A stretch of DNA of 64,000 bases from Camelus ferus (GCF_009834535.1 NC_045697.1:108068001-108132000); one strand, 5' to 3'; positions 36,919 to 50,245 are shown, counted from the first letter of the stretch. A program made the numbers and translations. Notes: generated by a model from the sequence alone, not told the origin.

Positions 36919-37308
36919 TGTACTAGTTTGCTAGGGCTGCAGTAGCAAAATACCATAGACCGGGGGCTCAAACAACAGGGATTGATCTTCTCCAAGTTCT
37001 GGAGGCCAGAAGGCTGAGAGCAAGGTGCCTGAGGGGTTGGTCCTTTCTGGGTGCCCTGAGGGAAGGATCTGTTCCAGGCCTCTCTCCTCGGTTTGTAGAC
37101 GGTCATCTTCCCCCTGTGTCTTCACAGTGTCTTCCCTTAGTATGTGCCTGTGTTCAAACTTCTTCTTCTTATAAGGACCCCAATGATACTGGCTTAGGGC
37201 CCATCCTAATGACCTCATTTAGCCTTAATTAAAGACCCTGTCTCCAAATACGGTCATATTCTGAGGCACATGTGAGTGTTTGGGGGAGATACTATTCAGC
37301 CCATACCA
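36919..37308 (-). mobile_element. MaLR solo LTR (MLT1B-like)
   Basis: tgtactagtttgctagggctgc...ttcagcccatacca; 5-bp TSD ggggc/gtggc. Confidence 0.88.
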
Positions 37309-38684
37309 GTGGCCCCAAAAAAGTTTTCTTTCCCGTCTAGCTATGAGGAACACCTATTTAAAGAAGCAAATATGACAGCCCAAGGTAGTTCTAAAGGACA
37401 AATTCTGACTCCTTGTCCTCCAGTAGTTAATTGTTGGCTGAGTGACAGTCAGGTTTCCTTTGCTTCAGTGAATATGAGGAGACGCAGAGGCTGGCTCATA
37501 CCCCGTGGGTTTGCCAGGTTCTGGACCAAACCCCAGCGATGTCTCAGGGATGTTGACAATTCCTAGCATATCAATTTCCCAGGGGCTTGGCATATCGATG
37601 GCCAAGTTGTGTTGAAAAGTAGACCAGGTTTCCATGCATTGAGGTCTCATAACATGGGACTGTGCATCAGGGCACCAGTCAGGGACAGAGGGTCATTTTG
37701 AAATCTTGCACAAAACTACTTATTGCTCTAAGTCATACATTCAACATAAGCGGCGGGTGGGGAGGATCTAGACTAACAACCTGGAACCAATCCCACAGCC
37801 TGGGTCAAAGGAAGGGAATGGTGCTGGAACCTCTCTGACCCAGGGGCCCATCCCCATGGGCTGACCTTAGAAATGACGGTCAATGTCACCTGAAGACAGG
37901 AATGCTCAGAGCCCTGCCCTCAGAGCGCGGACAGTTTTGCCATGCGTGCTGCACAACCAGCCCTGGCTGGCTTGGCATCTGGCTGGACACTGAGAAAAGG
38001 AGCACCGTGGGGGTTGCTCTGAGTGGGGCATCTATTTCTCTAGCAAGACTGTCAGCAGCACCAAGCCCTCAGCCAGCCACAAACCCGAGGCTGACCCTGG
38101 CCCACGGTGAGAGAATCCAGCTTTGAGGGGGTATCTGAGCCCCTGGTGGGTGCCAGCAGGTAAGTGGCAAGGGGAACTGGTTCATGAGGATGTGAAGGTG
38201 ACCCTTTGGGATCCTTGAGAGGGAAAAATCCAGGAAAAGACAGCTCTCATAGCATATCTGGTCAGGTAGGGCCTTTGGCCAACTTAATTTGGATTTAAGA
38301 AGAAATTGTGGTTTTCTTTGAACTGGCAGCTGGGGTGATGTGAGAGATATGGATTGCAGGGATGAAGAGGGGTGAGAGGCAGAGGGACAGAAGGGCGCAG
38401 GCCTTGTATAAGGAGAGCACAACGTGTGTAAACGTGAACACGCCCTCCACATGTGGGGAGCCTCGAGCGCAAACCTAATTTTAACTACAGATAAGAAGAC
38501 ATTTCTACATCACTTTACCATTTACCAAGAGTCTTCACAGAGTTTATCTCATTGCATCTTCACAATGATCCTAGGAAATATTAACATTTCTTATTAATCT
38601 TTTCCAAGAGAGGGAACTGAGGCTCAGAGATGTTAAGTAACTTGCCAAGTTCACAGAACCAGTAAGCGATGGGTTTAAGATTCT

Positions 38685-38829
38685 TTTTGTTTGTTTTGTA
38701 TTTTTTTTTTTAATGGGGGAAGGTAATTAGGTTTGTTTGTTTGTTTACTTAATGGAGGTACTGGGAATTGAACCCAGGACTTCACACATGCTAAGCATAC
38801 GCTCTACCATTGAGCTATACCCTTCCTCC
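38685..38829 (-). mobile_element. Camelid tRNA-derived SINE with A-rich tail
   Basis: Reverse complement of gggtatagctcaatggtagagcgtatgcttagcatg...cctaattaccttccccc plus A-rich tail. Confidence 0.92.
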
Positions 38830-38959
38830 TCATTAAAAAAAATTTTTTTACAATACTTTACAGTTTACAAAACACCTAGCAGCACACTGTCTCACTTAGT
38901 TCTTAAAACAATCTTATGAATTAGATTATATTTATAAGGTTTAACTCACTTATTCAATA

Positions 38960-39077
38960 TTTTTGGGCAGGGGAGGTAATTAGATTTATTTATTTTTTTA
39001 GCAGAGGTACTGGGGATTGAACCCAGGACCTCATGCATGCTAGACATGCGCTCCACCACTGAGCTAGACCCTCCCCT
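38960..39077 (-). mobile_element. Camelid tRNA-derived SINE
   Basis: Reverse complement of ggggagggtctagctcagtggtggagcgcatg...gggttcaatccccagtacctc...ctaattacctcccc. Confidence 0.92.
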
Positions 39078-40339
39078 CTGGTTTAGGATTCTAACTTTGG
39101 TGTCTGACTCCAGACCTCACCTGCTTGACCACAGTGGCTGTGAGGCTCCTGGCATGGTTGTACCATGGGACGTGGCAGTGGGGCACCCCGGCAAGAATGC
39201 GGGTTTTCTCTCCAACATCATTTGGAATTACTGGTTGGATGATAACACGAAGCAGACCAACTTTTAGTTCATTCTATCATTGCAAAATCTCTACAGACAA
39301 TTCACCTCATTCCTTGCAGCCAGGGCAAACCTCTCCCTCTGCCTTTCTTGGGGACCCCATGGCGATGACCCTTAGTATTGAGCTCTGGACTGCCCATGGC
39401 AAGGCTCTGACAATAGAACACTTGTGTTTATTGCCAGTGGCTTCCCAGAGCCTCGAGGAGAAACAATAGGTGGCCTGCTCTGGGTTTCAGGAGGGAAGTA
39501 CAGAACTTTTCAGAAGGTATTTCACACTGGGGGTGAGTAGCTTCGTCCCACTGGTGCTAGAGACACCTCTGCTCTCCCGACTAGGAAGAGAACCTGGGCC
39601 AGAGGCAAGAACAGCCTGACTCTGCGGTAGCTCAGGCCAAATTCCCTTCGCAGAGAAGTAGAAGTTTCAGACTCAGCCCGGAGACAGCACAGCAGGGAGA
39701 GCAGAGATGGAGATGTGGCGTAGGCGGCAAGATTGACAGGCACATCCCTGAGGGCCATCAACCAGAATTTCCACCTGCGCTGGATATAGGCGAGAAATAG
39801 ACACACAGACTGTAAGATTGGCATTTTCTGCATGTTTGATTAAAAACCAACGGCATTTTCTTAAGTGAAGTTACAATTTCTGTGATAACCTTCCTCTCAC
39901 GCTCCTTTGAAAAACAACCTTAAAGCAAGATCATTAGTCAGGTAACTATGCAAATGTCTGTGTTTACCCAGGTGCCACAGCAAGAAGTGCAAAATATTTT
40001 CATTCCTTGACTCTCAGGGTGAATTCTATTAGGAGGAACAGCTGGAGTCTGGTATTCCAGGCAGATACAGTACCAGCAAGTCGTCGGGGCTTAGCTGGAA
40101 TTTCCTACCCGGATTCGGAGTTACGAGACCTTCTGGGCACAGTGGGGGCGTGCAGATTACAGACAAGTGCTCAGCTGACCTGAGCCTCCTGCATGGCCAT
40201 TCACCTGGGGACACTACCCAGGGGCACTGACCGTCATGCCACAGTCCAAACTGCCCTCCTTAAATGTCTGACTACTCGGGGACCAGTTTAATTTCTCTTG
40301 ATGTGGGAATATCTTTTTGTTTTTGTAAAAAACGAAGAA

Positions 40340-40715
40340 TTACACTGTTAATACATGTTCCTTGTAAACCCAAAGTCTAACAATACAGAAGTAAATAAAA
40401 TAAACAATGAAAGTCCCCCCTTACCCCGTCTTCTGGTGATCTCACTGCCTCCCCATCCTTGATCACTGTGGATAGTTGGGGGAGAATCCATCCTGAACTT
40501 TTTCATGTGTTGTCACATCCATATTCTACATATAGACATAGGTAACATGTGTATGTATAAATGTGTATTAGTGGGACCCTACTATATACTTACATTGTTC
40601 AGTGACTTGCTTTTTTCAATGGAGAATTTTCCACGTCAGTTCATATAGCTCTACCTTACTCTTTTAATCGATGTGTACTATTTAATCTTTCCCCTAATAT
40701 GGACGTTTAGATTAC
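40340..40715 (-). mobile_element. Old L1ME-type 3' fragment
   Basis: taatacatgttccttgtaaa...caatacagaag...tgaaagtcccc...gacttgcttttttca. Confidence 0.65.
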
Positions 40716-40924
40716 AGGAAGGTTATACCAAAGTAGTCCATCCTTCTTTCACCCTTATATTGGTCCCAATCGTTTACAATTCTCAAAAGGGCTAGATCTG
40801 GAGCCACTGCCTTCTGGCAATTTGAGACATGCAGGAAACTACCCCAGGCTCTTCTCTAGAGTCTCCCCCAAATCATGGCTCCCCTGAAGCCTGGAAATTT
40901 TAACCTTCATGTCTTCATCCTTTG

Positions 40925-40927
<3 letters not shown>

Positions 40928-40976
<49 letters not shown>
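40928..40976. repeat. (TG)n microsatellite, interrupted
   Basis: About 23 TG units with one tt interruption. Confidence 0.95.
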
Positions 40977-40977
<1 letters not shown>

Positions 40978-41139
40978 TTGTTCTCTACCACCAAGATCAT
41001 CTTCTAAAAAGTAGAGAAGCTGAGGGGGAGAAGGGGGTAGGGATACAAGTTAACCCTTAATAAGAGTTCCTGTGCCCCTGAGACCAGAGGGCTTTACAAA
41101 GTGTAGACACAGTTCACACACAAGGTGATACTGTTATTC

Positions 41140-41371
41140 TTTTTTTTTTTAATTGAAATACAGCCAGTTTACAATGTTGTGTCAATTTCTGGTGTACAGC
41201 ATCATGTTTCAGTCATACAGATACATACATATATTCCTTTTCGTTATTGATTACTACAAGATATTTAACATAGTTCCTTGTGCTCTACAGTAGAACCTTG
41301 TTGTTCATCTGTTTTATATATAGTCGTTAGTATCTGCAAATCCCGACTTCCCAATTTATCTCTTCCCACCT
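41140..41371 (-). mobile_element. Short L1 3' end (~230 bp)
   Basis: Poly-T then aattgaaatacagccagtttacaatgttgtg; TSD gtgatactgttattc (41125-41139) / gtgctgctgttattc (41372-41386). Confidence 0.9.
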
Positions 41372-42516
41372 GTGCTGCTGTTATTCATGTACAGCACTTC
41401 ATAAACCATGTCACCCGGGTCACACCACTTCCATCCCGAACCTTCATGTCCAGGCTGTTTTCTCTAGGAGGTGTGAAGCGATCTAGAAGGTTGAAGAGGA
41501 TGGAGTGGGTTGGAGAGGCACTGAAAGAGGATAGGGAGGAGAGCAAGAAAATGATGGAGACCTGAGATGCTGACAGCGCACATTACCCAGCTCATGGTGT
41601 TGCCTGGGGCTGACCCCGCCATCAGCCAGCATCTTTGCCTGCTGACTGGGCTCGAAAGTTAAAATTGGGTTCTTGTGGATGCTGGCCAATGACTTCCTTG
41701 CCATGGGAGTGATTGCTTTTTTGCTGGGTTTGCAAGATGTGAATTCATTCTTTTTTAATATCAGTAATACACAGTAAAGAGCTTAATCCAATTTACAAAG
41801 AAATAGGATCAGACAAGCCTTGAGAATACAATGTGCTTTTATGGCTCTAAGACATTAGTGCGGGAGAAGAGTGTCACCGAAGCAAGGAAATACCTTCCCT
41901 CACTACCAGCCTTCCTCATCAGGATCAGCGCACAGGAGTGACAGGACTGTGAGGCGTTTGGAGTTTTAGGGGTGCCTTTGGAACCTTCATTACTGTGATG
42001 CAAGAAAATTGGAACCGACTTATCCAGCAAGGCGCCATATTAATGTGTTGTTATTCATGTATGTAAATGAGGCTTCTGATCCCCTCCCAGGAGAGAATCT
42101 ATTTTAAAGTTGTTGTTCATGTAGAGAGCATGCTGAACCATCACCACTGCCTTTCTAATCTTTTGTAAGCAGTGATGCTCGTTTGCTAGATGTGGGACCC
42201 TGGCCAGAGGTATCCTCTGCCTGGACCGTGTGAAGGATGTGGCTCAGTGTCTCCATGGGCTTGTTTCGTGGGCAGGAATTGATAGGGAGGAAAGGCTGGG
42301 AGTGGATGGGACCCCTGCCCATGAAGCTGCCACAGAACACAAACCTGTGGTCTATGTCCCCACATGTAAGGAGGTGCACCAGTCCGATACACTAATCTGG
42401 TGAGTGGGTGGCTGGACATCCCCAGAAGACTAGGATCCTGATAGTCAGGGAGGCAGGAGAGAGGGCTGGGCTCCCTAATGGTGGTGGGGTTCCCACCAGG
42501 CTTCAGTGCAGTTAGG

Positions 42517-43130
42517 TTCATACACAGTTTTTGAATGTCGACTCTGTGCCCAGCATGGTGCGAGGCTCAGCAATGAATAAAACTTGGCCTTGAACTTGGG
42601 GAATTGATGAGATGACATCAGCATAATCTGCTGAGGTTGCCATGAGTGCATGGAGGAGAGGTTTTCAACCCAGGATGGGAAGGATGGAAGACTTTCTGCA
42701 GAAGGTGAGCTGAAGTTGAAGAATGTGTCAAACCAGGTTATATTTTTAAGATGGTGGGGAGGACATTCTAGGCAGAGAGAAGAGCAAGAACATCAAAGTT
42801 ACATGGAAACAGCATGGCTTGCTTCATGTGACTAGAGTTGCAAGAAATGGGACAAGAGAAGGAGGTAGAAGCTGGATGGCGGAAGGGTGGATGTGCCCTT
42901 CCAAGAGGCTGGAACTCCAATCAGTAGGTGATATGAACTCCATCAAAGGTTTTAAACAAGACAGCGACATGGCTTAACATGTGCTTTCATAGATCATGCT
43001 GGAGGATGTCTGGAGAAAAGAACAGTTCTTGAAGCTGGGAGACCACTTAGGAATCTAAGATAACAAGCCAAGGGAAACCCAATGAGATTGGAACATGTGT
43101 GGAATCTGATCGGGAGGAGGTGGGGACAGA
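42517..43130 (-). mobile_element. L2 LINE fragment
   Basis: ctctgtgcccagcatggtgc...ggacattctaggcagagag...aaaggttttaaacaag...gctgggagaccacttagga. Confidence 0.7.
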
Positions 43131-43564
43131 GGTGCAGGGACTCGAGCTGGGGAGCTAGGGAAAGAGAATTAACTAGGGCTGGCGGGTTGTCAGAGACCCA
43201 GATAAAGGAGAGAATTCCAGCAACGGGCCCAGGAGAAGTTGGGTCTGACAGACAAGTCCCTCCTGGCCGGGACTGGGAAGAAAGCAACCAAAACGGGGAG
43301 AGTCCAGCTCTGTAAACATATGGATGGTTGGGGCTATGATGTGTATGACAGAATCCTAGCTCGAGGCAGTGTGACATAGTCAAGAATGTACCTTCTGATG
43401 GAGATGGGGTCAGGATAGGCCTTGGAGGGAGGGACTGGAGGAAGACTGATACGGGTGGCAGTCTTTGGTTACTACAGCAGGAGGGGGCTGGGAAGGGCAG
43501 TAGCTGGTATAGTCTGAACCCATCGCAACCTGCCCCTCCCAACCCCCCTGCAGGGGTGCACAAT

Positions 43565-43760
43565 AGACAGGTCTTTGGTGCTAAGCAAATCTGAGTTCCA
43601 GTCTTTTCTCAGGCACTCTTGGCAAATTGAGGAACTTCTCAGAACAGCAATATGTATGCCAACCTATAAAACAGAACTAATAGTACCTACTTTCCCTGGT
43701 TTTTGTAAGAAGTCTGTGAAATGAAGACTACTTGCAGAGTGATCAGCTGGAGTAAGTTCA
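43565..43760 (+). mobile_element. MIR fragment
   Basis: ctttggtgctaagcaaatctgagttc...aatagtacctact. Confidence 0.55.
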
Positions 43761-45359
43761 TTTACTCAGTGATTTTTTATTCACCGTGTTGTGTGAAGAA
43801 CTGGAGATCAATGGAGAACTTGACCAACAAGGTCCTTACCCTTCTAGAGATTCCGTAGCAAATCCTCAGCCTCACTGTCAGTAACGCTCAGTTTTCTGCT
43901 TTCTCTCCAAGTCACTGCCTTTGTTGGAGTGAACACCACCGTGTGCAGAGTAGCACTTTGCTCAGCTTGCTTGGAGGAAGTCACTAAGACAATGATTCCC
44001 ATGTCTGGTTCCCACAGCAACACCCAGGGAGCTTCTCTGGTGAGCAGATTCCAGGCTCTATCACTGGTACTCAGGATCAGAACTCCCAGAATCTCCTCTT
44101 TCACAGGAAGCTCCCAGGGGATTTGATGATGACCTGGGCTTGGCAGTCCTGACCCAGTTCCTAGAGTGAAGATAATGCCAGGCTTAGGACACACACATCA
44201 CAGCAGGGTAGAGACCACACTGCGCCAATGTCAGGAATTGAAAAGAACAGTGAGAAAGTCTGCTCACTGTGTTTTGGGGTGGTTTTGTTTCCTTGAGGGG
44301 AATTTTATGGTTATTTAATTAAAACATTCCACTTTGATCAAAGGTGTTGCTTTGACTTCTCGAGTATGAAATACGAGACATGAGAGTCGAAAACTTGTTA
44401 AATGCAAACAATTTGCCAAGGGCCCTAAACAAGACAAGATATAATAAATAGTAGGCCTTCGAAATTAAGTGTCAACATCTGAGGAGGAACTAATTGTTCC
44501 TCTTCTTATGAACATTCACCCACATTCAGTTTTAAGCCCATGCTATTCTAATGATGTTTGCCATCAGCCACTTCTGACCACAATGAAAAGAATTGCAGGG
44601 GGGTTCTGGTCATTAACTGGGGTTTGCACTATAGTGCTGCTTGGTAGGAGGTTCAGATGCTGCAATCTTCATTCTGTGTAGACTGGAGAGAGCCAGAGCT
44701 GCTTTTGCATTCGTAACAGAACATGAGGGCTGGGATACCTCACTGAGACTTATGCACAGCACAGAAGTTGCATCCCAGAGAATGGGGTGTAAGGACAGAA
44801 ATAGAGGAGTTATCCAGCATTCTGCCCCAGGAGTGGACACTGGAGATGGTGGGTCACAGCTGTGCCCTGACAGGCCCCAGGAGAGAGGAGCATAAAGACT
44901 TTAGGGTCCTGTCAGCTCCAAATCCATTCATTCCTTCACCCAATGTTTACTGAACACTGTTCTGGGCATTTGGGATACATGAGGTTTTAGATCCATCTAT
45001 GGCTACAGTAGGGCAAGGAGTCTTACAGCAGGTATCCAGGAAGGGCAGAAACGCAGGGAGGTGGGCACTCAGACCAAGGTGGCAGCAGTCGGGAGGGTGA
45101 CCTTCCAGATGAATCGTTGCATCCGGCTCCAGCAGGGTTTCCTGGTGGGCTGTATGTGGGATGTGAGATGAAAAAGCAAAACAAAACAAAATAAAACAAA
45201 AGAACAGGCCTAGATAATTGAAACAAAAAAACAGAGCTAGATAATTGTAGAATAAAACAATTACATTCACACTTTAACACTGGGCAACACTGGGGAGTGC
45301 TAGGGCAGTTAAAGGGGGCACCACACCACCTGGGCAGCCTGGGTAATTTGCTGGGTGGC

Positions 45360-45615
45360 ATGGTGCTGTGGGGAGACCCCAGGCTTTGGTGTCAGAAGGC
45401 GTCCTCCACCCCTTCCCCACTTATTCCTACTGCTGGTTGAATCCATGGATGTGAAACTCTGGGCCATTCAGAGCACAGAGATACTTGCTCTGTGATTCTG
45501 AAGAAGTGATTTGATCTCCCAGAACCTCAATTTCTTTATCTGTAATGTGGAGTGATGCTATAATAACATTTCTTCTGTAGCCTTTGTGAAGATTGAGATA
45601 ATGTATGGAAAATGC
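45360..45615 (+). mobile_element. MIR fragment
   Basis: ggctttggtgtcaga...aacctcaatttctttatctgtaa...tgtgaagattgagataatgtatggaaa. Confidence 0.6.
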
Positions 45616-45698
45616 TTTTTGTCCCCTTCCCCTTCCCTTGAGGAGCTGGATAAAGATTCCCAGCTCATCTCACTCTCATTCATTTCTTGTTCCCTTTC

Positions 45699-46094
45699 TG
45701 TATTAGTCAGCTTAGGCCCCCATAACAAGATTCCACAGACTGAATGGCATCAACACAGAAATGAATTTTCTCCCAGTTCTGGAGGCTGGAAGTCCAAGAT
45801 CAAGGTTCGGGAAGGGGTGGTTTCCTCTGAGGCCTCTCTCCTTGACTTGCAGGTGGCCGCCCTCTGGTTGTCTCTGCCCGTGGTCCTCCCTCTGTGCACA
45901 GGCACCCCTGGTGTCTTTCCTTCTCTTATGGTAAGGACACCAATCCAATTGGATTAAGGCCTCATCCTAATGGCCTCATTTTAACTTCATCACCTCTTTA
46001 AAGACCTTATCTCTCAATATGGGTACATTCTGAAGTACTGGGGCTTCAGACTTCAACATAAGAATTTTAGGAGGACACAATTCAGCCCATAACA
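45699..46094 (-). mobile_element. MaLR solo LTR (MLT1A/B-like)
   Basis: tgtattagtcagcttagg...cagttctggaggctggaagtccaagatcaagg...ttcagcccataaca. Confidence 0.88.
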
Positions 46095-49000
46095 CTCCCT
46101 CTAGAGGCTGGGATTTTGTTTTTTGTTTTTTACCATGGTCTGGACTAGGCTCTAAGCATCTTGACTGTTCCCTGTTTCTGTCTCCATCATCCACTTCCCT
46201 GCTTACATTTCAGTCCTGCCCTAGAGAAGGCTTAACAGGGCCTAGAGCAGGATCTTCTCTGAGGACCTGGAACCCGGCTCCTCAGCCCTTCTGCATGTTC
46301 TGGTGCAGTATCCACTGTCCTAAAAACATCCCGGAGACAGTGCCTGTCCCCACAGAAACTCTGATCCAAATTTTGCCTGTCACGTGTCAATCATAAGTTT
46401 CAATATCCAAATTAAAAATTTACATTTATTGGACTCTTACTCACTTCAAGACTTGTACCAGCTGCTTCCACATCTATTAACTATTGTAACTGATTCAATT
46501 ATGATTTAATTCAGGAAGGCTGATGGGATGTGGACCTGCACATTTTAAAAGTGCAAGCCATGATGTAATCTAAGATGTCTTCCCTGGTCCTAATGAAATG
46601 TCTATTAGGAAAAAAAAAACAACCAACATTTAAATATTTTTGTTAATGTGGTTGATACTATTTGCTGGGTTCATTCACACTGCAGTGGTCAGTTTATTTT
46701 TATTAATGAGGGTAGGCTGTAGGGATTCAGGAGAAAACCAGGAAGACCAGAAACCTCAAATGGCCCCCAGGATGCCTAGAAGAGCCCACAGTGTAACCAC
46801 CAGGACATTCAGGAACTTTGCCCCTTGTGGCAGCTGGCTTATCGTGTAAGTCCAGCAGCAGCAGGCAGGCTCCGTCTCCAGCATTCCTACTTTGTGATAC
46901 TCAGTGCCTCTGTCCCTGCTCCCACTATCTCTGCAGCTCTTGTGGAAAAATGAGCCTCCTTCTACGTAGTATGTGTTCAAACACTCCTAGAGATGACTAG
47001 CCAGTCTGGTGTAATTGACCAAAGTAACCTGGGGGCAGAGGACTGTGGGTAGAGCACCTGAGTGGACCTCAGAAGGTCATTGGTTCTTTTCTACCACGAG
47101 CTTTTTACGTGAAGTGCTCTTGTTTCTTCATCTCCAAATAGAGGAGTTGGGAGAGATGTCTCACCTTGACTTAGGAGCTATGTAACGATTAGGTAGAAAG
47201 ACAGAAAAGCAGCAGGTATTCTCTAATTGCAGAACAGCCCGGGTATCAGAAACCCAGCCAATAGACCTAATCAATTCAGCAGAAGACACCATTAGCACTT
47301 AGCTACAAGGCTACCAGTGAGAAAACAAGCTGGTGGCTTTTACTGTATTATCCCTGAACCGCCGATGCTCTTCCTGCTGTTCGGAGCCTGTGCTGGAGTT
47401 GTGCAGAATTACTTTGTCAAGCCTGGCTCTTTGGGAGAGGGGAAGGAGAACAGAGCTGGGGGCACCCTCTGCTGTGAATAACCATAAAATCCACCTTGAA
47501 CAGCCGTGCAAAGTTGCAACAGAGATAAGTTGGTTGGAATTGGCTTCGGCTTGCTCAGAAAAAAGAGAGAGAGAGAGAGAGAGAAGCATTCCGTTCTAGG
47601 AGGCCGAGTAGCAGAAAGCTCTGTTCAGGAAAGCAAAGATTTGCTCCCAGCAGATGCCACCCCAGAGACCCAGTGGCCAGGCAGGTGGAAGAGAGTGGGT
47701 GCCAGGATACACTCCATGGTGCTTCTTCTTGTCAAGGTCAGGGGAAAGACAGGGTCTGATGCAGAAATGCACTTGGGAGCATGCCCCAAGCCTGGATGTC
47801 CACATGGTCCACCTCAGAATCTATGAACATGTCACTCTTGGAGGCTTAGAAGAACTCAGGTCAGGCTTGTACAAGGGGAGTTTGGCTCTGGCTGCGGTGA
47901 AGGGACCTGGGAAGAGCAGAGCAGCTGTCCTCGCTGGTCCTGAAGACCTGGATTGAGCATTAGCTTAAGTCCAGGCTTCACTTAAATTTTGGTGACTCAA
48001 GGAAAGTAATGGCCAATTCAGGGTTTGGTTTTCTTCCCTGGCATTAAGGATGGAGAGCTCCTTCTGAGAGGAGGTGGTGGGGGCAGGGAGAGAGAGACAG
48101 TGTTATGAGAATTACTGGATGTTTGCGAGCAGCTTGGAGATCCTTGGCCCAAAGGCGCCCCGGATGTAGTCATTGGAGCAGGGCAACCAGAAGCAGCAGA
48201 ATGAATATGATTAAAGCAGCCAGTTCTTCCAGTTGGTCACAAACGAAGAAAAAACATCCAAACCGAGCAGCATAAAATTATATGAAAGAAGCAGAGCCCT
48301 GAGAAATGATCTCTCCTCTTCTAGAACTGCACATCTAAGGTCTGTACCTCGTGAGTCCCTGTGGACCTGGTGCTTCTGGGGGACCAGGCTCCCTGGCTAT
48401 GACAGCTGATTGCAAACCCAGGCTGGCGCTGGGGCGCTATCCATCACTCAGGGTTTCCAGGAAGATCTTATTCAGAAGCTGGGCTCTTAACAGACAAGGA
48501 AGAGTGTTAATAAAAGTTCTTTTTACTCAAAAGGGCACAGGAAAAAAAAAAAAAAACCCAATAAAGCTGAGCTCAGCTCTTAAAAAAAAACGTTGATAAA
48601 ACTGACAAAAAAAATAAAGAAATAGTTTATCATGGTTCTAAAAGAAAGACGAGGGTTTTTCTTTCTCTTTTTAAAGGCAGAATTAATTAATCCACCACCA
48701 CCACCTGCCTGAGCTCTGAATGGAAAGTTAGCTCTGACTCAAGGGGGTGGGTAAGTCCTCTGGACCCTGGATAAGCTTTCATTAAAGCAACTGTGTTTAA
48801 AACAGTGAATTTAAATTCATCCACCAGACAGAATAGGGCACCAGAAGGGGAGAAGGAAGCAAAATGAGTGTGCTGTTAAGAAGCAGCTCTTGAGAGAAGA
48901 AATGCAATTCTTTAACTCTCCCTTAGAGACAAGATGATGAAAATACTAGAACAACCATAGTGGCATCAATGATCCTAGTTCACTCTTCTTTCTCGGTCTT

Positions 49001-49769
49001 ACCCAACTCCTTGCAGCTCTATCCTGGGGGTGCCTGCACCCCAGAGGCTCAGGCTTATTTTACTTCCTGTGTAATCATGACAAAGGAGACTATCACCTCT
49101 CATTCCAACCAGTGGGGCTCAGGGACTAGTGAGGACAGCTGCCCCTGCCCCTCCCATGTCCCTTCACTGCAGCCAGAACCAACTCCCCTAGTGAAGGTCC
49201 CTCTGAGCCATCTCCCCTCCCCAGAGTGACATGTCCCCTACATCCTGAGATGGACCACTTTGGAGGCTCCTGATTTCATCTCTGTGCCTCCTCTTCTAGA
49301 ACTGCACACATAAGGTCTGATGCCCTCCATCCCTCTGGTCAGTTTCCTCCCCTAGGGACTGAGTTCCACACTTGACCCCCAGGCTAGGGTCCTAGCAAAT
49401 GTGGACAGATTTTGTGGAATTAGAATCACAGCCTGCCTGAGCCTTTGACTGACATCTTAATTCCTTGTTGCTGCGCCCAGGTCCTGTCCAGACGCCCAGG
49501 AGAGCTCAGAGCACCATGTCATCTTGGATGCTGGCTCTGTAGACACTCTCTTGGGCCTTCTCGCCCTGACTCATTGGGGGTCTAGCATCCTTCGCATCTG
49601 GTCCATTCTACCAGCAACCTGGAGCAAGCCATGGAACTCTGCGGAAAGTCTGGAAGGAGGAGAACACTCTGCAAACACAGTTAAGCCTGTACGATGTGTA
49701 CAGATATGTTTAGCGCTCAGATTTAGGTAAGTTGAGGATGAGTTACGTTCATTCATGGATTCATTCACA

Positions 49770-50245
49770 TGTTATTCATTCAATAAAAAGATCTGAGAGC
49801 TTTTTAGGTACCAGGCCTCTTCTAGGTGCTAGGGATATAGCCGTAAACACAAAAATTCTTAGCCTTATGAAAGTTATGATCTACTAGGGAAGGTGGGCAA
49901 TACACAAGATCAAGTGAGAAAAAGGTACATATACACTGTGGAGGGAACAAAGCAGAACAGAAGACAGGCCATATGGGTTGCTGTTGGGGTTTTAGATGGA
50001 GTGAGGGAAGGCCTTACTGAGAAGGTGATATTGAATGAAGACATGAGGGATGTTAGGGAGTGAGCCAGGCCATGTGGGTACCTGGAATAGAGATTCCAAG
50101 GTAGGGAACAGCTAATGCTAAGGCTCTGAGGTAGGAGTATGGCTGGTCTGTGCCAGGAGGGCGATGGGCTGGAACAGGGAAAATGAGGTGAAGATTAAGG
50201 AGGGGGGTCATTCAGAGCTTGTGGGTGGATGTCAGTCTGTGAAAT
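49770..50245 (-). mobile_element. L2a fragment
   Basis: ttcattcaataaa...ttctaggtgctagggatatagc...gggaaggccttactgagaaggtgat. Confidence 0.78.

Larger units (their letters stand above)
38500..39135 (-). mobile_element. MIR split by a composite SINE insertion at 38685-39079
   Basis: Removing the insert joins gaactgaggctcagagatgttaagtaacttgccaagttcacag...gattct to aactttggtgtctgactccaga as continuous MIR. Confidence 0.8.

Noticed and set aside
28257..39077. tRNA-like sequences with A and B boxes at 28257, 29321, 38685 and 38960
   Set aside because: They are SINE heads: each continues into the SINE body or tail, has retrotransposition hallmarks, and the copies are mutually diverged.
42994..43563. 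189-aa minus-strand ORF
   Set aside because: Partly overlaps an L2 fragment; Pro/Ser/Leu-rich chance composition.
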